Shown: positions 10,226 to 20,077, counted from the first letter of the stretch. The stretch is 64,000 bases of DNA from SAR86 cluster bacterium AG-313-D11 (GCA_003284215.1 QBVW01000006.1:38520-102519), one strand, 5' to 3'. Notes: generated by a model not told the origin, from the letters alone. Numbers and translations: made by a program.

Positions 10226-10314
10226 AATAGGTTAAATATTAAAAGTTGTCTCTTTTGATCAATAACGCTTAATATTAGATATCCATAATTTATTTTATAA
10301 AAAGGATACAGTAA

Positions 10315-11223
10315 TTGCTTAATTTTACATTCGCATTTCTTGTTTTGGCTTCTTTGTATATAGGTAACGCAGCTTTATCAATATTTATGGGGATCCTTTT
10401 TGCATATTTTCTTAAACCTCCATCAACATACATCACTCATCGAATGGGTACGATCCCTTTACAGATTGGTATTGTGCTTTTGGGTGCAACTATAGGTCTC
10501 CCTTATGCGTTAAATGTAAGCTCTGAATATTTACCTTGGATTTCAATGTTTGTGATTGTCTCCTTTTTTTCAGGTCTTCTTCTCGGTAAAATTCTTGGAG
10601 TGCATCATCGAATTGCCTTCTTGCTGTCCTCGGGCGCAGCTATTTGTGGTGGTACTGCTATGGCAGCAATGGCACCAATTATAAAAGCAAAACCTCAGGA
10701 ACTACTGGTAGCAATGACTATTGTCTTTTTACTAAACGCCCTCGCAATTATTTTATTTCCTATGATTGGAAGTTATCTTGAAATGAATAATTTTGAGTTT
10801 GGTGCATGGTCAGCTTTAGCTATTCATGATACAGGCTCAGTCATTGGCTCAGCTCTAATTTTCAGCAATGAATCCGCTCAAGTTGCAGCTACATTAAAAT
10901 TAGGCAGAACAATATGGCTTATCCCATTAATACTTATTGCCAATTGGATTTTTAATAAGCAGGCTCAAGTAACCAAATTTCCACGCTTTATAATATTTTT
11001 TATTCTTGCCATTATTACTAACACCTTATTTAATTTTAATGAGCAAACAATAAATATTCTGCAATTAACTAGTCAAGGATTTTTACTACTAGGCCTGTTT
11101 TGCATTGGAAGCCAATTTGACTCTATCGAGCTTAAATCTTTGAGCTGGAAACCCTTTCTACTTGCAATAATGTTATGGTCTGCTGTCATCCCATCTGCAT
11201 ATTTTTTAGTTAAGTATTTTTAA
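10315..11223 (+). CDS. YeiH/UPF0324-family integral membrane protein (putative sulfate exporter family)
   Basis: The 302 aa are polytopic, and the SSGAAICGGTAMAA motif is typical of this family. The start is TTG. Confidence 0.55.
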   Translation: MLNFTFAFLVLASLYIGNAALSIFMGILFAYFLKPPSTYITHRMGTIPLQIGIVLLGATIGLPYALNVSSEYLPWISMFVIVSFFSGLLLGKILGVHHRIAFLLSSGAAICGGTAMAAMAPIIKAKPQELLVAMTIVFLLNALAIILFPMIGSYLEMNNFEFGAWSALAIHDTGSVIGSALIFSNESAQVAATLKLGRTIWLIPLILIANWIFNKQAQVTKFPRFIIFFILAIITNTLFNFNEQTINILQLTSQGFLLLGLFCIGSQFDSIELKSLSWKPFLLAIMLWSAVIPSAYFLVKYF

Positions 11224-11273
11224 TTTTATTTAAGTTAAGATAATCTTAACGGGCCCATTCAAGCGAGGGAATA

Positions 11274-12119
11274 ATGAAAAATTTTGAAAATAAAGTTGCT
11301 GTTATAACTGGAGCTGGCAGCGGTATTGGTCGAGGAATAGCCGAAGTGGCTGCTAGTCATAAAATGCGACTGGTATTGGCGGATGTTGATGAAACTGGAT
11401 TGAATAAAACTCTTGAGCAAGTTAAAAGTAAAGGTGTAGAAGCCATTGCAAGAGTGACTGATGTAAGCAATCTCAATGAAGTTGAGAATCTTGCAAGCCA
11501 AACATTTGAAACTTTCCAAAATTGCCATCTGTTATTTAATAATGCTGGAGTGCTTGGTCCTGCTCCAATAAGCCAAGTAACACGTGATATGTATGACTGG
11601 CTTATTAATATTAATTTAGGTGGTTGTTTTAATGGAGTGCATGCTTTTTTACCAAAAATGCAAGCTACCAAAGAGGAAGGCCATATCATTGCAACTTGCT
11701 CTACTTCAGGCTTTATAGCTTATCCAATGTTAGGGCTTTATTCAGCTTCAAAATTTGGTATCAGAGGTCTCATGACCTCTTTAAGAGCTGAATTAAGTGG
11801 ATCAAATATTGATGCAAGTATTGTTTGCCCAGGGGAGGTAACAACCAACATTGTAAATAGCACATTCACAAACACTCCAAATAAAAATGTGGAGCAGAGA
11901 TCGGAAGATTCGGGGACAGATCCCAAGGCTATGCTTGAGGTTGCTGCTGAGGATGCGCAAAATACTTTTCCCATATCTCCACTTGAAGCTGCGCAAGCTA
12001 TTTTTGCTGGAATTGAAAATAAAGATTTCTATATATTTACTCATAAGGGTTACAAGCGTCAATTAGAAGAGATTTCAAATGAATATCTCCAAGCTTTCGA
12101 ACAATCAATGTTCCAGTAG
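11274..12119 (+). CDS. short-chain dehydrogenase/reductase (SDR)
   Basis: It has TGAGSGIG cofactor-binding, NNAG, and YSASK catalytic motifs. Confidence 0.8.
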   Translation: MKNFENKVAVITGAGSGIGRGIAEVAASHKMRLVLADVDETGLNKTLEQVKSKGVEAIARVTDVSNLNEVENLASQTFETFQNCHLLFNNAGVLGPAPISQVTRDMYDWLININLGGCFNGVHAFLPKMQATKEEGHIIATCSTSGFIAYPMLGLYSASKFGIRGLMTSLRAELSGSNIDASIVCPGEVTTNIVNSTFTNTPNKNVEQRSEDSGTDPKAMLEVAAEDAQNTFPISPLEAAQAIFAGIENKDFYIFTHKGYKRQLEEISNEYLQAFEQSMFQ

Positions 12120-12128
12120 GAGGTACTT

Positions 12129-13334
12129 ATGCTTAATAAAATCTTGATTGGAATCTTTATAGCTATTTTTTTTGCTGCGGTGATATATATACCTAAAGCA
12201 ATCAGAGTTTATAACGTTGTTCACTTGTTTGACGAAGATAAGATCGTCAACAATTTTACAAACATGAACAAGATTTTTCCTAGCACACCAATAAAGTCAT
12301 CTAGTAAATCGCATATCTTTCCAACAAAGGCTTTTGAACTTCCTTCATCATATTTAATGGATGGCGAAGAACGAGATCTTATTGACGCTTTAGACTATTT
12401 TAAAACCGATGGGTTAATCATTTTGCATGATGGAGCCTTGCTTTATGAAAACTATTGGCAGGGTAATTCAAAAGACCAAAAGCATATTTCTTGGTCCGTT
12501 GCTAAGTCATTTCTTTCAGCATTAATTGGAATTGCTTATCATGATGGCCTCATTGAGGATCTAAATGATCCTATTACTAAGTACCTTAAGGATTTTAATG
12601 ACACGGGGTATGCAGATATACCCATAAAAGATATTCTACAAATGTCGTCAGGAATTATTTTTAATGAAGATTACGCAGACTATAACTCAGATATAAACAA
12701 ATTCGCCCGCGCTCTTGCTCAAGGAACTTCCATGAGAGATTTTGCTAAAAATTTAAAAAATGGCAAACAACCAGGCACATTTAATCATTATGTGAGTATT
12801 GATACTCAAATGTTAGCAATGTTGCTAGAGGAGGTTACTGGCGAGCCTGTTGCAAAGAATCTTGAAGCTAAAATCTGGACCAAAATAGGGATGGAGCATG
12901 ATGCCTACTATATGGTGGATGATACAGGAGCGGCATGGGCTCTTGGTGGATTAAATGCAACTTTGCGTGACTATGCTAAATTTGGTCAACTGTACCTTAA
13001 TAATGGTAAATGGAATAATCAACAGATTGTTCCAGAAGATTGGGTTCATGCATCCCATAAGCCAGATGGGCCTCATCTTCAGCCTGGTGAAAATGAATTG
13101 TCCTCAAGTTCTTGGGGCTATGGCTATCAATGGTGGGTTCCTGGCTTTCCTTCTTCTGACTATTTAGCTGCAGGAATATATAATCAGTACATATACATAG
13201 ACCCAATGACTAACGTTGTGATTGCCAAAACTTCGTCAAATTATAAATTTAATCAAGAACGACAATACTCCAAAGATGCTCATGTAGCTATGTTTCGAGC
13301 AATTGCCAAGAGGGCTGCTGAAACATTTGAATGA
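12129..13334 (+). CDS. membrane-anchored serine hydrolase, beta-lactamase/transpeptidase-like family
   Basis: It has an N-terminal TM helix and an SxxK motif (SVAKS). A strong SD (AGGAGG) lies 9 nt after the SDR stop. Confidence 0.7.
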   Translation: MLNKILIGIFIAIFFAAVIYIPKAIRVYNVVHLFDEDKIVNNFTNMNKIFPSTPIKSSSKSHIFPTKAFELPSSYLMDGEERDLIDALDYFKTDGLIILHDGALLYENYWQGNSKDQKHISWSVAKSFLSALIGIAYHDGLIEDLNDPITKYLKDFNDTGYADIPIKDILQMSSGIIFNEDYADYNSDINKFARALAQGTSMRDFAKNLKNGKQPGTFNHYVSIDTQMLAMLLEEVTGEPVAKNLEAKIWTKIGMEHDAYYMVDDTGAAWALGGLNATLRDYAKFGQLYLNNGKWNNQQIVPEDWVHASHKPDGPHLQPGENELSSSSWGYGYQWWVPGFPSSDYLAAGIYNQYIYIDPMTNVVIAKTSSNYKFNQERQYSKDAHVAMFRAIAKRAAETFE

Positions 13335-14128
13335 TGAGCAAAAACCTTTTCTTTTCTTTATTGATCATTTTTTCATTTGATCTAAATGCTTGGTGGGAGA
13401 AAGCACATAAAATGGTGTGTGATGAAGCATATAAATTATTAACAGTTTCAGCAAAAGAATATATAGATCCACTAATTGAGGAGCATGAATCATTTGGTAT
13501 TGCATGCCTCTGGGCTGATTGGATTAAAAATGATGATAGGAAAGATACAAGAATCTGGCACTACATAAATTTACCTGACTCAGAGCAAAATATTTACAAG
13601 ACCAAATGTCCAGAAAATGGATGTCTTATTGCTGCTTTCCATAAGCAAGTTAATATTTTTAATGATAACTCCCTAACTATTCGTGAAAGAGCCGAAGCTC
13701 TTTGGTTTATAGGGCATTTTGTTGGAGACGTTCATCAACCTATGCATGTAGGTTACCCAGAGGACAGAGGAGGGAATGATCATAAGTTAGAATTTGAAGA
13801 TGGGACTCTAACTAATATGCATAGTGTTTGGGATGGACAAATTATCGAGCATATGGACTCTTTGCTTGGCAAAGAGTATCTTTTAATAGGTGTTACTAAA
13901 AAAATAGATAAATTTTTGGATAATCATCATTCTGCCGAAATTGAGGCTTGGGCACAAGAAAGCCGAGACATTGCTATGCAAAAATCAGTTGGTTATCGAA
14001 ATAATGAGTTAAAAGTTGTTTCAACTAAATATATGGAAAGTCATTTTGAGATGGTACAAGAGAGAATTGCTTTAGGCGCAATTAGACTCAGTCAAACTTT
14101 AAATAGAATATCTATGGGGAGCAATTGA
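13331..14128 (+). CDS. secreted S1/P1-type zinc nuclease
   Basis: It has a signal peptide, and the predicted mature N-terminus begins with Trp (AWWEKAH). WHYINLP and HFVGDVHQPMH metal-ligand motifs are present. The start overlaps the upstream stop. Confidence 0.75.
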   Translation: MMSKNLFFSLLIIFSFDLNAWWEKAHKMVCDEAYKLLTVSAKEYIDPLIEEHESFGIACLWADWIKNDDRKDTRIWHYINLPDSEQNIYKTKCPENGCLIAAFHKQVNIFNDNSLTIRERAEALWFIGHFVGDVHQPMHVGYPEDRGGNDHKLEFEDGTLTNMHSVWDGQIIEHMDSLLGKEYLLIGVTKKIDKFLDNHHSAEIEAWAQESRDIAMQKSVGYRNNELKVVSTKYMESHFEMVQERIALGAIRLSQTLNRISMGSN

Positions 14129-14131
14129 TCA

Positions 14132-15061
14132 TTGGACTTTCATCGTTTTTTAAAATACTTAACTCCATCAAAAAAAACAAAACTAGTCTTATCACTTGAT
14201 GGAGGCGGGGTTAGAGCGATTGCAGCAGTTATCTTTCTTAAGCAACTTGAGATTGCTTCAGGAAAGAAAATTTTTGATATTTTTGATTTTTTTATTGGCA
14301 CTAGCGCTGGTGGAATAAATGTTTTGAATATTGCTGGGCTTGAAGCCAATTGTTTTGCATTAGAAGATTTTTGGTCAAAAGAAAACCTAGCTAAAACTAT
14401 GTCTAAATCATTTTGGGACAATGCTTCTTTTTTGCAAACAAAACCAAAATATGACGGTAAGGGCAAGAGAGAATTATTATTGGAATATTTTCAAGATCTA
14501 TCCCTTGGAGAGGCGAAAAAGCCTGTTGCAGTTTTAGGCTATGATGTTGAAAACAGAAAACCCCGTTTATTAAGCTCTTATGACTCCCCTGGAATCAAGA
14601 TGTTAAGTGCAGCAAGTGCAACCAGCGCTGCACCTATTTATTACTCCACTCAAGAAATTGATGATGGAACATGGTTGATTGATGGAGGAATTGTTGCTAA
14701 TAACCCTTCCTTGCTCGGATATGCAGAGGCTAAGAAAATTTTTCCAGGATGCGATGTGAAAGTTCTGAGCATTGGAACTGGTATCAATAGAAGAAAAATT
14801 AATGGACAGAACTCTGCGAAGTGGGGAGCTTTGAATTGGTTTAGGCATGATATTTTAGGCATTATGCTTGAATCAAGCATGTTTGACGAAATAGCAAGTG
14901 ATTTAATGGGTAAAAGTTATTTAAGAGTTAATTCATCTACAGGCTTAGTGAACCGAAGAATGGATGACACTTCAGATGTAAACCTGGAGCGTATTCATTT
15001 AATGGGTATGGAGTGGTGGTCTGAGTTTGGGCAAGAGACAACTGAGTTTTTAAATGTTTAA
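14132..15061 (+). CDS. patatin-like phospholipase
   Basis: It has the GGGVRA oxyanion motif, the GTSAGG nucleophile elbow and the DGG catalytic Asp motif. The only possible start is a TTG 3 nt after the nuclease stop. Confidence 0.8.
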   Translation: MDFHRFLKYLTPSKKTKLVLSLDGGGVRAIAAVIFLKQLEIASGKKIFDIFDFFIGTSAGGINVLNIAGLEANCFALEDFWSKENLAKTMSKSFWDNASFLQTKPKYDGKGKRELLLEYFQDLSLGEAKKPVAVLGYDVENRKPRLLSSYDSPGIKMLSAASATSAAPIYYSTQEIDDGTWLIDGGIVANNPSLLGYAEAKKIFPGCDVKVLSIGTGINRRKINGQNSAKWGALNWFRHDILGIMLESSMFDEIASDLMGKSYLRVNSSTGLVNRRMDDTSDVNLERIHLMGMEWWSEFGQETTEFLNV

Positions 15062-15127
15062 TATATTAAGTTTTCTCTAGAAAAATACTGTACACTTCCA
15101 TTTTTATTTTCATTAAGAAGGAATTTT

Positions 15128-15367
15128 ATGAATATCTATGTTGGAAACCTCCCTTGGAGTATCGACGATGCAAGTCTTGAGCAAATTTTTGCTGAGCACG
15201 GCACGATTACCTCAGCTAAAGTCATCACTGACCGTCAAACTAACCGCTCTCGAGGATTCGGTTTTGTTGAAATGTCTGATGGTGGTGAAAATGCCATTCA
15301 AGCACTCAATGATGCAGAGGTTGATGGTAGAAAATTAGTTGTCAACGAGTCTCGTCCTAGAGATTAA
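15128..15367 (+). CDS. single-RRM RNA-binding protein
   Basis: The 79 aa carry RNP2 (IYVGNL) and RNP1 (RGFGFVEM). Confidence 0.9.
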   Translation: MNIYVGNLPWSIDDASLEQIFAEHGTITSAKVITDRQTNRSRGFGFVEMSDGGENAIQALNDAEVDGRKLVVNESRPRD

Positions 15368-15369
15368 TA

Positions 15370-15645
15370 ATGAATTACCTGGGTCTGATTGGATTATTTG
15401 GTCTTATCGGTTTAACAGGTCTTCTTAATAAAGTTCATCCTAGTCAAGCTGGTGGCCCAATAAGATTATTGGGTCTTCTAGGCTTCCTGGGTTTGGCTGG
15501 ATTTTGGGTACCCTCGCTTGGAGCTTGCGGTGCTTTTGGTGCTCTGGGTGTTTGGAAACATCAAAATTCAAAAATAGCTCGATTAGCCTATGTAGGTTGG
15601 TTAGGGGTTGTTGGGTTAATACAAACTATTGGTGTTTATCTTTAG
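15370..15645 (+). CDS. small glycine-zipper membrane protein (WGxxGxxG-like repeats)
   Basis: The 91 aa contain three blocks of GL(I/L)GxxGLxG (YLGLIGLFGLIGLTGL, LLGLLGFLGLAGF, WLGVVGL). The ATG lies 2 nt after the RRM stop (TAATAATG). Confidence 0.5.
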   Translation: MNYLGLIGLFGLIGLTGLLNKVHPSQAGGPIRLLGLLGFLGLAGFWVPSLGACGAFGALGVWKHQNSKIARLAYVGWLGVVGLIQTIGVYL

Positions 15646-16018
15646 TAGCTAAAACTAACAATCCAGCTGCAATCGCTAAGTTTTTAACAAAATTTTGTAT
15701 TTCGTGTGCTTGAGATGGATCTCCAGCAAGCGACCAAAAGTTATGAATATATAAATTGATTAAGATTGTCAAAACAAATAGAAGCAAAGATGTCATTCTT
15801 AGCTGCCTTCCAAATATCAAAAAGACACCACCAGTAATTTGAACCAATATCGTTACTGGAAGTAAGATAGAGCTCAGTGGCACACCCTTTTCCTGCATAA
15901 GCGCAAGAGTAGAAGTGAAGTCGAAAACTTTACCCAATCCTGGAAAAATAAAATATAAACCCAACAAAGTTCTGCCAATAACAAAAAATAAATTATCAAA
16001 TTTTTTAAACCATTCCAT
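15626..16018 (-). CDS. DoxX-family membrane protein
   Basis: The 130 aa form four TM segments with a DoxX-like N-terminus (LLGLYFIFPGLGKV). Confidence 0.65.
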   Translation of the reverse strand: MEWFKKFDNLFFVIGRTLLGLYFIFPGLGKVFDFTSTLALMQEKGVPLSSILLPVTILVQITGGVFLIFGRQLRMTSLLLFVLTILINLYIHNFWSLAGDPSQAHEIQNFVKNLAIAAGLLVLATKDKHQ

Positions 16019-16077
16019 TTTTTCTTCTATTATTAATTTTGATACTAGATTAACATTATTAACTTAGGAGAAAATAT

Positions 16078-16884
16078 ATGAAAGGAATTTATCAACGTCT
16101 AGGGTTTCTAATTTTTGCAATAACTCTCTCTGCTTCTATTGAGAGTGCTCATCATGAGGATTCATTGCTTGAGGCAATAAATGATTCAAACAGGAATGAA
16201 GCCTATGCGGCAAGAGATTCTTTTAGACATCCATACAAAACCCTTTCATTTTTTGAAATTTCTCCTTCAATGCATGTTCTAGAACTGTCTGCTGGAGGCG
16301 GATGGTATACAGAGATTCTTGCACCATATCTAAAGAAAAGTGGTCGACTGTCTGTTACCCATCATAATCCAATGGCCGGAGGATACTATAAGCGCTCCAG
16401 AAACTCATTTGATACAAAGGTTGAGTCAAACCCCTTGTTTGATGGAGTTCAGGTATTAACTGCAGATGTTCCTCCTTCTGAACCTTACATTGAACCAAAT
16501 TCTCAAGACTTAGTTCTAACTTTTAGAAATCTACATAACTGGTTAAGCAGGGATGCAATGAAGTCCGTTATGCAAGAAGCATTCAATGCATTAAAGGATG
16601 GAGGTCGCTTTGGTGTTGTCGAGCATAGGGCGCCAGAGGGCTCAAGTATGGAATTTATGAAAACAAGTGGATATGTTTCTCAATCACTTGCAATTAAGGT
16701 AGCTCAAGAAGTTGGATTTCAATTAGTTGCTACTTCTGAAATTAACGCTAATCCAAATGATACAGCTGATCATCCCAAGGGGGTATGGACACTGCCTCCA
16801 TCTTATCGATTGCAGGATCAAAATAGATCTAAGTATGAAGCGATAGGAGAGTCAGACAGGATGACTCTGCTTTTCAAAAAATAG
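16078..16884 (+). CDS. secreted class I SAM-dependent methyltransferase-like protein
   Basis: It has a signal peptide and motif I (VLELSAGGGWYT). Confidence 0.55.
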   Translation: MKGIYQRLGFLIFAITLSASIESAHHEDSLLEAINDSNRNEAYAARDSFRHPYKTLSFFEISPSMHVLELSAGGGWYTEILAPYLKKSGRLSVTHHNPMAGGYYKRSRNSFDTKVESNPLFDGVQVLTADVPPSEPYIEPNSQDLVLTFRNLHNWLSRDAMKSVMQEAFNALKDGGRFGVVEHRAPEGSSMEFMKTSGYVSQSLAIKVAQEVGFQLVATSEINANPNDTADHPKGVWTLPPSYRLQDQNRSKYEAIGESDRMTLLFKK

Positions 16885-16931
16885 ATATTTTTTACACATA
16901 AATTGATAGGATTTATCCTTGTGTTCTTAGC

Positions 16932-16959
16932 TTGACAACCTTGTCAATTTAACGATAAT
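16932..16959 (+). promoter_or_regulatory. candidate sigma70 promoter with an overlapping 16-bp palindromic operator
   Basis: TTGACA (16932-37), a 16-nt spacer and GATAAT (16954-59). The -35 element is embedded in the palindrome TTGACAAC/CTTGTCAA (16932-47). The motifs TTGACAAC and TTTAACGATAAT recur at 50963-51000. Confidence 0.4.
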
Positions 16960-16994
16960 TCTTAGTACTGTCTATTTAATTATTGGGGAAAATA

Positions 16995-19900
16995 ATGAAA
17001 CTTATCAAACTATCCTTATTGATATTGCCTTTAACGGTAATAGCAGATATTCCAATCATACCAGTCGAAACTGACGCGGTTGAATCAACCGAAACTGTTA
17101 TTGAGAAGCAAGTTGAACAACGCTCATTGTCAGTTGGCTCGCTTGAAACGTCAGGCTCATATACTTCTGATGAAGACGGACTTGAAGAAGTAGTTGTTAC
17201 AGGAATCAGAAGAAGTCTTGAGGATGCGATTAGCATTAAAAGAAATAACGTTGGTATTGTTGATGCAATAACCGCTGAAGATTTTGGTAAATTTCCAGAT
17301 GGTAACCTTGCTGAATCATTAGCCAGAGTTGTGGGTGTGGGAATTGACAGAAGCAATGTTGAAGGCGCAAGAGTTGCTGTTCGAGGATTTGGACCAGAAT
17401 TAAATTTGGTAACATTGAATGGAAGACAAATGCCTACAGTTCCCGGTCAATATGAAGGCGGTAGATCGTTTAATTTTGGTGATATTTCCTCCCACGGAGT
17501 TGCTGCTGTAGAGGTATATAAATCTGTTAATAGCACTTTACCCTCTGGCGGAATTGGTGCAGCAGTTAACATGGTTACAACCAAGCCTCTAAACATTAAC
17601 GGTAATTTAACTTCTTTTAGCATTAACACCCTGGATGATTCTTCAAGCAAAGATTCATCAAGACCACTTGAAGCTGCATTTGTGCATAGCTCTAACAGAG
17701 GAAATTGGGGATATTCGCTCTCAGGATCTATTCAAGAAAGAAATAATGTTGAGGAAGGTACCAGAGAGTCAAATTGGTTGACTGTTGAAGAAATAGCCAC
17801 TACTGAGGGATATTTTAGAGTAGATAAAAGTGCAGCCGGTATTAAAAATAATAATGCGAGAGCTGACGGAATGACTTTCTATCAAGAGCCCTCAGCATAC
17901 ATTATCAAAGATAACGATAGAGAAAGAGTGAATGCTCAAGCAACAGCTCAATACGAATTTGAGTCTGCTGTTCTAACTTTAGATTACACCTACTCAAAAG
18001 TTGATTTTAGCTCTAATGGACAAATGTTTGGATCATGGCTTGGCGGCTGGGGTACTACAGCTGGTACTATCAATGGAAATGGCGTTTACACAGATGTTAC
18101 AGTTGGGGATCGTGGTTATGATCATCAGTTGATTTGGGGCAATACTGAAAGTGAAAATAATTCATTAGGTTTTAATCTTGCAATTCAAGTTTCAGATGCT
18201 TTGAGTTTTGAAGTGGATTTTCATAATTCATCTGCTGAAAAGCTAGGTACAGAACTACCAAATGAAATGGGATTTGTTACGCCTGCTGATGCAACTATTA
18301 CTCATGTTAATGGTGGCACAACTGGTATCAATACCTTTAGTTACTCAAAAGATTTTACTGTCAATGACTTCAGTCATTCAGGACTTTTTTATAGAGATGC
18401 AAGTAAAGAAAATGAGATGGAGCAATTGCAACTCAAAGGCGAGTGGTTAAATCTTGATGGCGGGTTTTTAGGCGGGTTTTTAAAAGGTGTTAAATTCGGA
18501 ATTACCACTACAGAATCTGAATTTAGCGATGTACGCTCAGAGTTGAACACTCCACTAGCTCCAGTCGTACCAGCTGCATCTTATTTATTTACTAGAACTT
18601 CATTAAATGGATTCATGGATGGATTTACAAGAAATGGAGGATCTGATTACTATTTTGCAATTGATCCAGAGGAAGCTAAAAATGCGTGGCAGGTAAATGT
18701 TGGTGCTTTTAATTCTGGTCCAGTTGATACCAATGATAGGGTTGAAGAATCTCTTAATTCTTTATATGTGCAAGCAGATATGGAATTTACTGTTAATGAG
18801 AAGCCCTTACTTGTTGTTGCAGGCTTAAGATATGAAGATTCTGATATTGTTTCCACAGGGTTAGAATCAACTCCAACCAACATCAGGTGGGACATGATCG
18901 AGGGCCTTACATACTTAACAGGAGGGGCAGTAGATGCTCCTAAAACTGGAAGCAATGATATGTTGTTGCCTCAAGTTGCAATGTCATATGCACTTGAAGA
19001 AGATAAAATTATAAGATTCTCTGCAAGCAGATCTATGGCAAGACCAAGCCTTCAGGATATGAGATCTTCTTTATCTTTTGGTAATAAAGATTTCTTTACC
19101 CCAACTGCTTCAGGTGGAAATCCTGGATTAGAGCCGCTTAAGTCAACTAACTTTGATTTAGCATATGAGTGGTATTACGCAGAAGGAAGCTACTTTTCAG
19201 TAAATTATTTCTTTAAAGAGATTGAGGACTTCATCAGTAGCGAAATTACAACAGGAAATCTTTATGGTTTAACTAATCCTGCTTATTCTGAAATTGGTCA
19301 ATATGCACAAAACTGTGTAAATGCATGGGATGCAGCTGGAAGACCTGATCCTGGATTTCCAGGTGAATGGGGATCCATGGACTGCGTTTCTCAGCAAGCG
19401 TTGTGGTCACAAAGTTGGATGACTCCTCAACAACACATGGGCTGGGTTGCTTTAGCCATGTCTCGTGGAATTGATGTTTCAGGTGGATTTCCATACGGAG
19501 CTTGTGATTATGATGGATGGTGGCGCTGTGAACCAGGATATATCGATGGAACTTCAAGTGATCCAGCGGCTAACTTTCAAATCACAAGACCAGCTAACCT
19601 AGAAACGGGTGATGTCGATGGTTTTGAGATTGTTCTGCAACACTTATTTGGTGAAACTGGCTTTGGTGCTCAGTTCAATGCAACTATTGTAAATGGTGGT
19701 GATGTTGATGTTGATAGATCTAAAATTGGCAAACAATTTATATTGCCTGGTCTTGGTGACTCAGGAAATGCTTCAGTTTTTTATGAAGATGAAAAAATTA
19801 CAGCTCGAATTGCATTAAATAGAAGAGGTGAAACCATTGTTGGTTTTGGAAATTATGATCAACCATTATATGTTATGGAAAGAGATCAAATTGATGCTTC

Positions 19901-20057
19901 GCTATCATATCGCATCAATGAAAATGCAACAGTTTTTGTTGATGGTCAAAATCTTAATGATGAAAACACAAGATTATATGCGAGATATCCTGAAATGCTC
20001 TTTTTAGCTCAGGACCATGGACCAATTTATAGGCTTGGCTTTAGATATAAGTATTAA
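16995..20057 (+). CDS. TonB-dependent outer-membrane receptor
   Basis: It has a signal peptide and a plug domain (VVVTGIRRSLEDAISIKRN, VEVYKS). The C-terminal barrel ends in F/Y (GFRYKY). I prefer the ATG at 16995, which follows GGGGAA, over the TTG at 16983. Confidence 0.9.
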   Translation: MKLIKLSLLILPLTVIADIPIIPVETDAVESTETVIEKQVEQRSLSVGSLETSGSYTSDEDGLEEVVVTGIRRSLEDAISIKRNNVGIVDAITAEDFGKFPDGNLAESLARVVGVGIDRSNVEGARVAVRGFGPELNLVTLNGRQMPTVPGQYEGGRSFNFGDISSHGVAAVEVYKSVNSTLPSGGIGAAVNMVTTKPLNINGNLTSFSINTLDDSSSKDSSRPLEAAFVHSSNRGNWGYSLSGSIQERNNVEEGTRESNWLTVEEIATTEGYFRVDKSAAGIKNNNARADGMTFYQEPSAYIIKDNDRERVNAQATAQYEFESAVLTLDYTYSKVDFSSNGQMFGSWLGGWGTTAGTINGNGVYTDVTVGDRGYDHQLIWGNTESENNSLGFNLAIQVSDALSFEVDFHNSSAEKLGTELPNEMGFVTPADATITHVNGGTTGINTFSYSKDFTVNDFSHSGLFYRDASKENEMEQLQLKGEWLNLDGGFLGGFLKGVKFGITTTESEFSDVRSELNTPLAPVVPAASYLFTRTSLNGFMDGFTRNGGSDYYFAIDPEEAKNAWQVNVGAFNSGPVDTNDRVEESLNSLYVQADMEFTVNEKPLLVVAGLRYEDSDIVSTGLESTPTNIRWDMIEGLTYLTGGAVDAPKTGSNDMLLPQVAMSYALEEDKIIRFSASRSMARPSLQDMRSSLSFGNKDFFTPTASGGNPGLEPLKSTNFDLAYEWYYAEGSYFSVNYFFKEIEDFISSEITTGNLYGLTNPAYSEIGQYAQNCVNAWDAAGRPDPGFPGEWGSMDCVSQQALWSQSWMTPQQHMGWVALAMSRGIDVSGGFPYGACDYDGWWRCEPGYIDGTSSDPAANFQITRPANLETGDVDGFEIVLQHLFGETGFGAQFNATIVNGGDVDVDRSKIGKQFILPGLGDSGNASVFYEDEKITARIALNRRGETIVGFGNYDQPLYVMERDQIDASLSYRINENATVFVDGQNLNDENTRLYARYPEMLFLAQDHGPIYRLGFRYKY

Positions 20058-20077
20058 TCTTCATTTGGTAGAACATG

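Noticed and set aside
13331-15061. The nuclease plus patatin pair as an anti-phage defence (CBASS-like effector) module
   Set aside because: There is no cyclase, sensor, NTPase or other defence-associated partner. The nuclease is an exported S1/P1 type with a signal peptide. The neighbours are metabolic (SDR, serine hydrolase). A scavenging role fits better.
15504-15713. The 69-aa ORF overlapping the glycine-zipper gene and the DoxX 3' end
   Set aside because: It is out of frame with two better-supported genes and has an unrecognisable Cys/Trp-rich sequence.
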